A DNA stretch of 64,000 bases from NCBI GenBank assembly GCA_964016885.1, contig OZ024740.1, positions 184,574,001 through 184,638,000 of the forward strand, given 5' to 3'. The position numbers were made by a program, and so were the translations under genes. This document shows, one piece after another, positions 48,901 through 60,939 of the stretch (its first letter is position 1; each line of letters opens with the position of its first letter). Origin of the DNA: Eledone cirrhosa. Lineage: Eukaryota. The notes below the pieces were generated by a model. The model was not told the DNA's origin and made no database searches. It saw only the letters and a program-made list of their open reading frames with translations.

Positions 48901-50129
48901 AATAATCTTATATTACCCAAATATATATGAGCTGCTGGTAAAGGAAAATGTTATTTTTTCAAGAAACCTTACTATCAAAATAATTGATAAAATTGTACAT
49001 ATGAAATGTAATATTTCATGTATATTTTCTCTATATCCTTAACAAGACATTACTCAATATTCATGCTGAAACATTTTTTCCTGCAAATAAAGATTGAACG
49101 TTATTTCTCATTGGAGAAGCATTAACTCACAGCAGTTTATGTTATGTGCACTGATTGGTTGTAATTTCAACTACAGAGTGAAATTCTGAGAATGTATGTA
49201 TAGAAATTTCAAATTCATATAGGAATTAAAGTAACTTGGTTGGGAGTTTAATAAGTGTAAATCTACCATAGGCAATGAATTCCTAAAAGCACTACAATTC
49301 TTTAACAAAATTCTTTACAGTTCAAATATAATAAGTTCAACTTCACCTTTTATCATTCTGGAGTAAATAAATAAATTACTGGTTTGTCGGAACAGACTAT
49401 CAGATACATTAGAAAATTTCATAAAGCATTTGGTTCTATTATTTACATTTCGATTTCAAATAATTATGTAGCCTTTTTGGATGATCAAATTAATTTGTCA
49501 CCTAGTGTTAAACCACTATATAAATCTTTGGTGCTATTATGAGAGACTATTTAGTTGCAAGTATTGTGGCTATATCTCTGACTTAAGCATAATTTCCTCT
49601 TTTAACCACACCAGTCAAAGAAGCCCTGAAAAGAAGCATTGGCCAAATTATTAAAGAAAATAGTTTTCTTGTGTCTCTAAGAAAAACACATATCCTTTTA
49701 TATGTGTCATGTACAATAGACTACTATTCTCATCTAATTATCTGAGTTTAAATACTTGCTGAGGTGAACTTAGCCTTTCATCCTAATGGGGCCAATCACT
49801 AAAGTGATAGTCAAATATTATTATTCATCATTCTCTCCCTGTCTCTTACCCACTCTCTCTTTCCCCAAATCACTGACATTATGGAAAAGAGTCATGAACA
49901 AATACTCCCAGCTTTTTTTTTTTTATTAAATGTTGAGAACAATTATATGAGAATCTAGCAATATCTTTTTACCAAATGAGATATATATTATAGGAACGAT
50001 CAAAGGACAAACTGATGGGCAGTAAAACATAAACTAGAAATTAACTTTTAACAATCTGTAATGATTTATCAGAACATATCTAAAAACAGGTTTCTAAATT
50101 TAAATGTTTATACTGTCTTTACTAGGTAA

Positions 50130-50575
50130 AGCATGGCACCTACGTAAAGATACTATAAATATTGGGTAATGACCAAAAGAAATCAATCGTGAATGGAAGC
50201 AGCTAGGATGGGGTTCCCTCAAAGGGTCTTTGAAGTAAGATTACTAGATACAGTGCATGGCTTGGATATCAGAGAGTCACTGCAGGTAGAGCAGCTACCT
50301 CTCTGAATTGAGAGATCACAGCTTTGATACTATACATATGTGGTTAGAATGTCTCAGGAAAAAACTGCTGGACAGATTTTATAGGCAAAACCAACTGGCA
50401 GGAGACCCAGGGTAGACCCCAAGCGAGATGGTTGGATAACATCTATGAACTTGGCTGGTCTCATCTGGGTATCCAGCCAGATAAGTTGGAGACAGTTACT
50501 TCTGACATGAACTGCTGGAAGGAGTGTTTGAGGACTCTGTCCCCACAATCCTCTCATGAATATGTAAGCAAAGAA
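50130..50575 (+). mobile_element. RTE-like LINE C-terminal remnant
   Basis: IERSQL*YY.HVVRMSQEKTAGQIL*AKPTGRRPR resembles the LRWxGHVxRM / RPRGRP tail region. Confidence 0.6.
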
Positions 50576-53500
50576 AAAGTATCTTTACTAGTAGATAAAT
50601 TGTTGTGAATATTTGCAGTAAACTAATTTCTGATGCAGTCATAATGCTGTTTACTACTTTTCAACAATGTCTTACTCATGGCGTTTTATCTGACACAACA
50701 CGTTAATAGTTAAAAAAGAAAAAAATTACAAGTACCAGTCAAGTACTGAGTTTGACTATTAGCTCTCCTTCTGTCTCACCCACTCTCCCTATCGCTCTCA
50801 ACCCCCTCTCTTTCTCTCTCATTCTATCTCTCACTTTTTCAGAATAAGGTATACTGTACTTTGTGAGGGTCATGTGAGATGACTCACAGTATTTCCTTCT
50901 TCCAAGTAATTGGGGAGAGGTGAGAGATAGGCTAATAATCTCCTTTTATCTTGCATACAACAAAAAACATTTCATGAAACAAGAAAACCTGGCATGTGTT
51001 GAAATATCAAAGTAAAGTATAGCTTGGAATGATTAAATAAACTCAAGTGAAGTAGAATGTAATGACTAACTTTTAGTTAATAATTAACTGAATAAAAATG
51101 TAACATTACACCATCTCTAATTGATTGGGTTGAAGGATCCTCTCTCTTCTACCTTTCTGTAATAGTTTCCAATTTTCACTTTACATACTTGCATCTCATA
51201 CTCTTTTCCCTCTAAATAATTAGACATTTTTTCCAATCCATCTTTTCTAAAACCATTACCTTCATGAACTACCCCGTTAATAATCCCACCACTACATTTT
51301 TCCAATAAACATCAGTCTATAGAAGTTTGAATATCAACCACAAAGGGACATGAAAATATCATTTATTGTCAATTATCCTTTTCTTTTAACTAACTTATAA
51401 AATCAAACGTTCTGAGTCTTGATACTAGTTTGTTTCTCATATCTGGCAATGACACAAAGAATCTCTATGGTCCCCTAGTCCTGATTACTATTTCTGGTAT
51501 ACAGTCTCAAAATTATACATTACTGTCTTAAATAAAATAAAAATGGACATATTTAAAACATCAAGCCCTACATAACCCCAAGAAACAATGACACATGATG
51601 ATTGTTGTCACTGGGTGTACTTCTGTGCTGCATCTACTACACTGGCATTAAGTATAGTCATACAAACTTTAAGCTATTTTTATACATAATATAACTTCAA
51701 CCTGCTTTAATCTATCTTCCTGTGTTTGCATTATAAGATTTGAAAACAATTTTCAATCAGATTATATCATGATCATGCCAGAACAGAATTATTATCAGGA
51801 CATTTTACCATCTAGCACATCCAGAATATTTCAGACTGCTAAACCGTCACTGTCGTTACAACTGAAATGCTGTTGGTCATGACTGCTCAATCAGATCTGA
51901 CTTGAGGTTAAACAATGTCAATATTAACAACTGTTAATTTCCATTTGAGCTCATCTATATTTGCATTTAAGCCTCCTGGTATAAAAATAGAATTTTTCTC
52001 CTTCAATTTGAATTTTAATGACATAATAGGAAGAATCTAAAGCAAGTAAGGTGTGTTCCAATTATTGAACACAAATATTAAAGCATAAATAAAAGAATGA
52101 CAGCAGACTATTAGAGTTTTTCTAATATGAAAAAAAAAAACCCCATTAATGTAGATAAAAATGTAAGGCAGTAAAAATAAAATTGGTATGGAAAAATATC
52201 ATTCATATATTCATTAGTTTCCATTTAGAATTTCAAATCTTTCATTTATATGTCAGGGTGAGATTTTCTATGTTGTTAAATTTCCTGCAAGATATAGTTA
52301 TCAAATTGCACTTTAACATGCATTCTTACGTTAATGTTTTTTAAAAGGACATATTGGATAATGTAGTGAAGTCGCTGAGAAATTAAAACTGGTTGGTCAT
52401 GGGTGGAATACCTCTAAATGTAGATCTTTTGACTGAACAACAATTTCTTTAATTATAAATTCTTTTTGAACTTAGTCAGTAGTGATATTTGACATCCTTC
52501 AATCCCACTACCTGCATCATATCCTGAAATAAAACAATTAATCTCTCTTTACTATGCATTTAACTATAGAAATTATTACCGGAAATAAGTAATTTAAAGA
52601 GTTAATTTTCTGTCAAATAATTCTACTAAAATGTAATATATAATATCGTGTTTGGAATGAGAGAATTGTTAAAGCATTGAACAAAATGTTTTGCTGGTTT
52701 TTACAGTATTGTCTCAAGCCTCATTTGGATCAACATTGTCTTTCATCCTTCTAGGATCGATGAATTAAAGTACCAGTCAAGTACTAGGGTCAATATTTCC
52801 AACTTTGCTTTCTCTCAAATTGCTGGTTTTCTGCTTAAATGAGAAATCTTTATTTCTTTTTTATCTGAACCATTGTTTAAGGATACAGATACATATCTTA
52901 GATTCTGAAGAATGATTTACTCTTAGAACTTCCTATGTTGCTTCTCTGTAAAGAACGACCTATGTTCCCAGACATTTCTCACATCATTCTAATTTCAGAA
53001 ACAATTAGAACAAACATCACTAGCTGGTCAAATGTCAGTGCACTTTGGATCATCATTTATTTCTCCCATCCTTGTGATGTCCATCACATTACTTGATTAG
53101 CAAGTCTGGATGGAAATTGGGAACCTTAATGCATGGCTGAACCAATTCAATCCAAATGATAGTGTGAATTTATTGATTTGACAATTTTCATATTTATTGC
53201 TATATAACATCTAATATAGCTCGTGGGGTGGGTGAAAACTAGCTTAACAATAACAGCAGTCTATTTTAGTATGTTCATGTTAATGATGTGGATTGGCAGA
53301 TATAGCTGAACATTGGACTTAAATGGCATACACTCATTTGTTTTATTTCTCTGTATTATGAATTCAAATCTCATGGGAGCTAGCTTTAGCTTGCATCATC
53401 TCTCCATAGTCAATATAATAAGAACCAACAATCTAACAAAGTTGATTTAGACAACTATACTCTTACCCCTACAATGTATAACCATTGAAGCAATGTGATA

Positions 53501-54459
53501 AATCATTATGTTAATGTAAATCACGATTTGTTTCAAAGTGAGAAATCCTATCGATGATATTATCAGCTTCACTAGTTGTTCTTTGATATTATAAATATAC
53601 TTAAATATGAAGCTACACTTACTTTAACAAATTGTTTGAAATACAGTTCTACTCATTTTCCTAAAGTTCTCATCTGTATTTTCCAGCTTCAGTGCATGAT
53701 AATTTCTCTTGTGAGAGAAGTCAATCTTGCATAGAAATATGGGTTCATGGGGTACCATATTAACGGTTTGCATTGGCTAAATAGTTCTTTTCCTCCTGAT
53801 ACATGCACGTTACTACCCAAATCCATGACCAAGAGAGAATTAACATTCAGTGACTTAGTCTACCTTATCTATATCAAACAAAAAAACACAAGGATTGACA
53901 CTGCAAATTTACTATTCTCCTTTTACTTTGCTCCACTTTTCAGATTAAATGACACGACGGTTTAGTTATATTCAAATATTGTAAGCGCGTCATTGAGAAT
54001 ATCATTACGATGTTTGCGAAAATGTAAAACAAATATTTATATCCCAGACAGAAATGTTAACTTTTATTTCTATATACTTTTTTTATATAATTTTCTGCTG
54101 GTGGATTTTGTATTTCGCTCTACAGCTTCACCATTAACAAGAGGAAAGCAACAATGACAACAGTGACATTAACAACAACAACTCTACCATTAACAAGAGG
54201 AAGCCAACCCCAGCATCAGTGACTCACCTCCAGCCACAAGGTCCTATGACAGACTGCTAAGTTGCTCACATGTGTGAGGTCTTTCTGGGTCTTTCTGCTG
54301 GGGACAACTCCCTGTTTTCTCCCCCCCCCCCCATTTTTTTTTGTACATTTATCCATTCACTCATTCATTTACTAACATTCTACCTTCCTGTGTCTCCCCC
54401 TCCATGCAGCCTATTCTTTTCTCTCTTGTTTTCTGACACCTCCAGATATATAGGTGAGC

Positions 54460-57400
54460 TATGAGGCCCTCTTACCAGCACTTTCACTTCCACCCACCCC
54501 TGATGCCGCTCGGTGCCCCAGTCCCCGGCCCACGCCCCACACCCCATCCCTCTAAGCTGACACCTGCAGCACTTGCAGCACCACTAAAAAATGGAAGAGG
54601 CGCCGGAACTGTTTGGGGTGCGGCTGCTTCCACCCCACCACCTCACCTGCATTGGCTTGACTCATCGAGCTTCCAATGCCCTCGCAGCATGGAGGTGCAG
54701 GAGCTGCCTCCTCCTCCACATCTTCCCAGCCACGGCCGTCTGGCACACCACCAGATGGGACAGTGAGCTTGCCTGATACCCGAGCCTCGCTGGTCAACAT
54801 CGCTTATCTCAGGCGGCTCCAGAAGATCCCACTCAGGATCCCGAGAGCGGCACGGGTGCCGGTAGCTGATGCCCTCGCTTCCTCAATTGAGAGCGCCAGT
54901 GACTGGGAGCGGCTGTTCTATTTCGCCCCACTCGCCCTCGGCCTCCCCAGTTCTGGTGCTGACCGGGACGGGCGGTCAACAGAAGCCTTCGTCAAGGCGA
55001 ATGTCTCATCCTTTGGGTGAGCGCTCATTCCAAGCATGCCCAGGGACATCACACAACCCACCATCTGGTACCCCCTATCCTCCACCCCCGAGGCCAGCGC
55101 CAAGCGTTTGCGTGACCAGATAAATGCCAAGCTTATCATGGGTGATGTCTCGGCCACAGTCAGCGTTGTTGCCTCAGAGGACACTGTACTCCAACCCACC
55201 GAGGAGTCCTTGGCTGCTCTGCGACTCAAACACCCTGATCCACCCACTGATCTCAGGCCCATACCCCCACCCGACCCCCACTTTCTCGTTCTGGCTTCTG
55301 ATGCAGACATCATGTCTGCCATCAGGTCCTTCCCAGCTAGCAGCTGCGGAGGTGTTGATGGTCTCCGACCATGCCACTTCAAGGAGTTGACATCCCCCCT
55401 CTCTGCTGAGGCCGGGCGCTGCCATCTGAGTGCAATTGTGGGGCTCATCAATAGGCTCATCTATGGTGCCCTTGACCCTTACGCCCGAGGTCTTTATTTT
55501 TTGGCCAGCCTCACTGCCCTCAGGAAGAAAGAGGGTGGCATACACCCCATTGCTGTGGGCAATGTCTTCCGGAGGCTGGCTGACAAGGTGATCTGCAGGT
55601 CTGTAACACACGAACTGGGTGAGGAGTTTAGTCCAGTGCAACTGGGTGTCGGCGTGTCCGGTGGCTGTGAGAGGGCCGCTCATGCAACCACGCAGTTCTT
55701 CAACAGCTGCCCATCGGAACCAGCATACAGGGACTCCAGATACCTCATTGTCAAGCTTGACATGAGGAATGCCTTCAACCCTTTACGCCGGGATCATCTG
55801 CTCGAGGCCTGCCTCAGCTGAGCCTCCTCTGCCTACCCACTGGCCTACCTGTCATATGGAGCCTCGAGCATGCTCCTTACTGCTGATACGGTCATACCCT
55901 CGGCTACTGGGGTACAACAGGACGACCCTTTGGGACCCCTCCTGTTCGCCCTTGGTATTGACAACATCGACCGGAGTATCATGGCCCCTCTGGATGATGT
56001 TATGTTGAGCGGGCCCGTACGGACGGTCTGCCATTACCTTCAATCGGTGGTTCCTGCCCTGGCGGGAATCGGCCTCCAGGGTAACTCGACAAGTCGGAGG
56101 TGGTGAATGTCAGCCTCGATACTGCGAGCGTTTCAGCCTCCGTCTTGGACATGCGGTCCATTCTCCGCCAGGTTCAGGTGGCCTCCAAAGAGGATGTCCT
56201 TATCCTCGGGTCACTGATCCACCCGCCGGCCATCCGCTCCACCATCAGGTCCAGGCTTCAACAGCTCCACACTCTCACGAGCCGACTGAGTTTGATAGAT
56301 GGCCACCCAGCTTTCTTTCTGCTGAGGAACTGCTTCACCATGCCGAAGCTCCTCTATACACTCCGCAGTGCTCCGTGCTACACCCAGACATCTCTCCTCG
56401 CTGACCTCGATACTTGTATCCGAGCAGCAGCCGAGGAGATATGCAACGTCAAGTTTGACGACATAGGGTGGCAACAGGCCACTTTACCTGTCAGGTATGG
56501 CGGCCTTGGCCTCCGGTCGCCGATCTCACTAGCTTTGCCGGCGTATCTTTCGTCGGTAATTTCGTGCCGCATCCTCGTCAGCAGGGTTTTTCAAAACACA
56601 ACAGAACCCTCTGTGTTCAGAGAATGTGAGGCCGCCTGTGAGATGTGGGACCGGCTGGGACTTAGTCCAGTTGACATCCCCCTCCTTCTCCCCCTGTTGA
56701 CGTCAAGTCCCCCCAACGCACTTGGGATGCTATCCAGTGCAGCCTGGCCTCAGACAGGCTCAGGCGCCAGCTTGACCAGCACCACCTTGCTTGTTTTTGT
56801 GTGGCCTCCAAACTCCACAGTGATGCCTGGCTCCATGCCCTGCCCCCTTCTCCACTGGCACGCAGCTAGACAACCATAGCTTGCGCATCAGCGTTTGCCT
56901 GAGGCTCGGCCTCCGGATCTGCCAGCCACACCAATGTAACTGTGGTTCCACCGTGGACTCTTTCGGCCTCCATCCGCTTTCCTGTTTACACAGTCCCGGC
57001 CGCATTCCACGCCAAGCTGCACTCAACGAGGTCATTAAGTATGGCTTGGATGCTGCAGGCCTCCCTTCCCAGCTCGAGCCGGTGGGGCTGGATCGAGGGG
57101 ACGGCAAAAGGCCAGATGGTATGACCATCTACCCATTCCGCGGTGGCAAACCCCTCGTCTGGGATGCCACTTGCACCGACACTTTCTGCAGCTGCAACCT
57201 GGTGCAGTCTGCGACTGACCCAGGTCCTGCTGCACGTCGGGCTGAGGGGCCAAACTCCTCAAATACTGGTCGCTCTCCGACAGGTTTGCGTCATACCCCT
57301 GGCATTGGAGACTTCTGGTGTCCTCGGCCCCAGGGATACCTCCTTACTCACCACCATGGGCGCTGAGCTGGCTAGCCGCAGGTGTAAGCCCCGCGACTTG

Positions 57401-57560
57401 GAGTGGCTTTTCCAGCGCGGCTCCCTTGCCGTCCCCCGGGGAAACGCCTTCTCCATTCTGTCCGCCGGGGTTGTGGGTGGGCCCCATTGTGTACCATTTT
57501 AGTTGTTGTATACAGATATTAACTCATCAATCCCATTGTCCTAAAACTCTATATAAAAGA
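54460..57560 (+). mobile_element. CRE-clade-like non-LTR retrotransposon (PHD-like finger + RT + CCHC + restriction-like endonuclease), disrupted
   Basis: GVDGLRP, LTALRKKEGGIHPIAVGNVFRRL, QLGVGVSGGCE, KLDMRNAFN, GVQQDDPLGPLLF, LDD, QATLPVRYGGLGL, CNCG..DSFGLHPLSC, KRPDGMT..PLVWDATC, PLALETSG. GC-rich; several stops and frameshifts. Confidence 0.88.
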
Positions 57561-57866
57561 GAGATGTTTCTTGGTTGGTTGGTTTAATCACACACAAATT
57601 ATACACACACACACATCTAAAGTGAGAGAGAGACAGGGAGAGGAGCAGAGAGAGAGAGTGTGGCAATGAACGCGGGTACTCCACATATATATATATATAT
57701 ATATATATATTGTTATACTTTGGGAGGGTCATGTTGCCAATAAGAAACACACGCACCAGTTGCTTTCACTTCAATTTAATTTAATATATATTTATAAATT
57801 TACAAATTTATAAATTTCTGGTTGGTTGGTTGGTTCCACAACCAGATAGTTGTTTATATATATATA

Positions 57867-57909
57867 GTCATAGTTCTTTCGTCACACACTCTGTGACCTC
57901 TTCAGTGAC
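57867..57909 (-). ncRNA. Minimal hammerhead motif (family C) in the Penelope 3' repeat
   Basis: GTCA-CTGAAGA-G-GTCACA-GAGTG-TGTGAC-GAAA-GAAC-TA-TGAC, on the same strand as the PLE ORF. Confidence 0.82.
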
Positions 57910-58218
57910 TGGGGATTTCTTTCTTCGTTTCTGTGCCTTTCCTTTCTTCTATCCTACGCCATTTTGTTTGTGTGTGGGTTGCGTGCTCAGTTTGCGCATG
58001 CGCCACATCCGGGTGTCTGTGTGTGTTTGTGTTCATTTTTCTATTTTTCTATTTATATTTGTTTGTTTATTTATTTTTTATTTATTTATTTATTGTTGGT
58101 TGGTTGTTTGTTCTATGTGTGTGTGTGTTTTCATTTTGTCTTGTGTGTGTTTTCATTTTGTGTGTGTTTTCAATTGTAAGTTGTTTGTTCTATGTGTGTG
58201 TGTGTTTTCATTTTGTCC

Positions 58219-60681
58219 TTAATTGTAAGTTGTGATGTTGCTGTTCCACTCATATTTTCTATTTAATTTTGGTTTTAATTCTTTTATGCTTACTGCCTCT
58301 GTAATTTGCCTAAACATTGCGTCTTTCTTGTGTGTGGATTCTATTTTTATTTCTATGCTCTCTAATTTACCCCTGTGTTCTATCTTAGCATGTTGGTAGA
58401 GCACAGATGATTCTTTACTATCTTGGAGGTCTCGCCAGTGTTCATTTATTCGTTCCTCTATACTACGAGCTGTCTCACCTATGTACACTATATTTTTGTT
58501 TCTACATTGTCCTTCAGTACATCTTATGCTATATACTACATTTCTAGTTTTACAGTTAATATGGAGGCTTATTTTACAGGTTATACATTTCTTATCTATA
58601 CATGAGGGTCTTTGGAACGGGTATGTCTTGCTAATAAGTGTTTTTACGGAGGTACCAGGTCTTTCTACTATCTTAATAATGAGATTATGTTTCTTTAGGG
58701 CCCTTCTAAATTTGTAGGCTAGTTCGCCTCTAGGGGTTGTATTGATGAACATTACACTCTGGTATTTATTGCTATCATACCATGAGTTTATTCTATTGGC
58801 CTTGTTCTTAGTTCTTTCTATTCTATTCCAAAATTTGCTCCTATACAAGGGGCAGGTCCCATTTATGTCATTATTTACCATTTTTTCCCATTTGGTTCTG
58901 GCTCCTTTATACACTCTGATTCTATCTCTCTGATTGTAGCCAGAGAACTGCATACGGTGGATGAAGTGTTGTATGTGTCTCTCTAGTTCTTCGGGGTTGC
59001 ACATGCGGGACACATTTCTCATCACCCGTACCAAATCCGCAATCAGTATGTTGATTTTGGTATGGTCCGAAATGGCCGAGTTTCGGTGGATCAGATGTTT
59101 GGAAGTCATGGGTTTGGCATAATGGGAATGGAGGATTTGTTTTTGGTTGTTAATAGTATCTAACCAGAGCTCTGTGTCTAGTACAGGTAATCGATGGTTG
59201 GGGTGTCTACTTGGGTAGTCTATAGTAACTCTAATGCTCTGGTGGATGGAGTTTGCTATTTGCTGGATGCTTTCCATTGTGTTTTTCTCTGGTTCCTGAC
59301 TGTTCTTTAGTGGGGGTGTCTTAACTACGATGTTTATATCATCTACGTAGCGGGAGTACATTATCAGGGTTAAGCTGTCTTCTAATTGTTCATTAAGTTT
59401 TTGTTTAAGTCTACTGTCCCACCATACCATGAACAAGTTAGCTATGTCGCCTGCAATGCTAACACCAATGGCTGCTCCTTCCTCTTGGGCATATGTTTTA
59501 CCATTAAATTTGAACATATGTTCCTTAAGGGTTAATTTTATGCTGGCCCCTACCGCATGTGCAATCATTTTCTTCAGTTCATCGTGGTTTTCGGGTGTCC
59601 GTATGGCTCTGGTCCACCTGTTCCATCTATCTGTGTGGGTTTTCTTGGCCATTGAGGTAATGGTAGGTGGTCTGCCTCTTGCTGGTCTTGTAGGGCACAG
59701 GTTGCTAAGGTCATAAGTGTCTAGGTAACTATTACTATGGGTAAGCTTAAGTAGAAGTCCCAGCTCACTGGTATCAATCCCACGGAACTCAACCTTGCTC
59801 TCGCTGATCATTTCGACGCATTTCTCCACAGCAAAATCCACGTCAATAGATGGATACAGGGACACAACATCCATACTGCCTATTATGCAGTTTGTTAGGT
59901 CCCCAGATCGGTTACCCGCGCCGATTCTGCTGAGGAGGTCCTCCGTGCTGTCACACACATCTGGGGACATCTCAATGATGGGGCGTATGATCAGGGAGAG
60001 GAAGTAGGACAGTCTGTAGTTACTAGCAATGTTAGCCCCACAGACTGGCCGTGTTGGTGGTCCCGCGACAGGGTCCCAGCCCGTTTTATGGTCTTTTCGA
60101 AGCCCATACAACGCCGGCACGTCATTGTTCCAGGCCTGGAAGTTGTTGGCAGTCCTTTTGTTGGGCTGCATTATATTTGTCCACATCACCATATGGGCAT
60201 TGAGGGTTTTTTCTCTATCCTCATGCTCCTGTGGTGTTACCTCTCTTGTGTTAGTGATGTGGGGTTGCATTGCCTGGATGTAGTTTGGCAGGCTGTCAAC
60301 CGACATTCTGCCAGACTTGTCTGTTGGAAAGCATGCTATCTCTCCATTACGCGAGCGCTGCATGAGCTTACGCAAGCCATTTGCAGATTCTTCTCCCAGT
60401 TGCTGGGCCTCTATTCTATTATGCTTCTTGCTATACTGTTCTATAATATTTCTAAGTTCGGATTTAGCTATACTAAATTGTGCTTCTGTTTGTTCATCGA
60501 CCTGCGACGGCAACTGCGTGCGTTTGTTAGAAACGAAATATATATATATACATTTATATATAAAGACAAAGAGAGAGAGGGAGATTTGCGTGTTCTTGAT
60601 TGTTTCACGGCCAGCGTCTCTGACTGCATCAGCGAAGATTTGTGTGTGTGTGTGTTTGCGTGTGTGTGAGTGGCATCCCAC
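58219..60681 (-). CDS. Penelope-like reverse transcriptase / GIY-YIG endonuclease (open frame; first ~60 codons probably not genuine)
   Basis: DKSG, LYGLRKDHK, PTRPVCGAN, SMDVVSLYPSID, QEEGAAIG, RYVDD, LPVLD, HYAKP, then CxxC...VVYSIRC...YIGETARSIEERINEH...EAVSIKELKPKLN. Confidence 0.9.
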   Translation of the reverse strand: MGCHSHTRKHTHTQIFADAVRDAGRETIKNTQISLSLFVFIYKCIYIYFVSNKRTQLPSQVDEQTEAQFSIAKSELRNIIEQYSKKHNRIEAQQLGEESANGLRKLMQRSRNGEIACFPTDKSGRMSVDSLPNYIQAMQPHITNTREVTPQEHEDREKTLNAHMVMWTNIMQPNKRTANNFQAWNNDVPALYGLRKDHKTGWDPVAGPPTRPVCGANIASNYRLSYFLSLIIRPIIEMSPDVCDSTEDLLSRIGAGNRSGDLTNCIIGSMDVVSLYPSIDVDFAVEKCVEMISESKVEFRGIDTSELGLLLKLTHSNSYLDTYDLSNLCPTRPARGRPPTITSMAKKTHTDRWNRWTRAIRTPENHDELKKMIAHAVGASIKLTLKEHMFKFNGKTYAQEEGAAIGVSIAGDIANLFMVWWDSRLKQKLNEQLEDSLTLIMYSRYVDDINIVVKTPPLKNSQEPEKNTMESIQQIANSIHQSIRVTIDYPSRHPNHRLPVLDTELWLDTINNQKQILHSHYAKPMTSKHLIHRNSAISDHTKINILIADLVRVMRNVSRMCNPEELERHIQHFIHRMQFSGYNQRDRIRVYKGARTKWEKMVNNDINGTCPLYRSKFWNRIERTKNKANRINSWYDSNKYQSVMFINTTPRGELAYKFRRALKKHNLIIKIVERPGTSVKTLISKTYPFQRPSCIDKKCITCKISLHINCKTRNVVYSIRCTEGQCRNKNIVYIGETARSIEERINEHWRDLQDSKESSVLYQHAKIEHRGKLESIEIKIESTHKKDAMFRQITEAVSIKELKPKLNRKYEWNSNITTYN

Positions 60682-60939
60682 AATAGATCCAAGTATCAGT
60701 AGATTTGTTGTTTTAAACCAGTCATTGAAAGTATTTTACAGAACACAGAAATAAATGATACTATTAATCTACGATGTAAATTAATTTAGCTTTTTGAGGA
60801 TAGAGTCATATTATTATTGACCTAATTCAGATGACAGAGAGTCAACCTATTCTCTAAGGCTGCGATTTGCATTTATTTCTATTTTTTATATTGCTTTATA
60901 TTGTTTATTTTTCACAATATTTTCCAAGAAAATTAATTT

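Larger units (their letters stand above)
57709..60681 (-). mobile_element. Penelope-like element (RT + GIY-YIG) with 3' repeat; probably 5'-truncated
   Basis: Long ORF plus a 3' segment with a hammerhead motif that ends at a (TA)n tract. Confidence 0.92.

Noticed and set aside
52450-52545. Acceptor-like TTGTTTTATTTCAG followed by a short open frame (minus strand)
   Set aside because: Too short, with no partner exons identified; needs RNA-seq.
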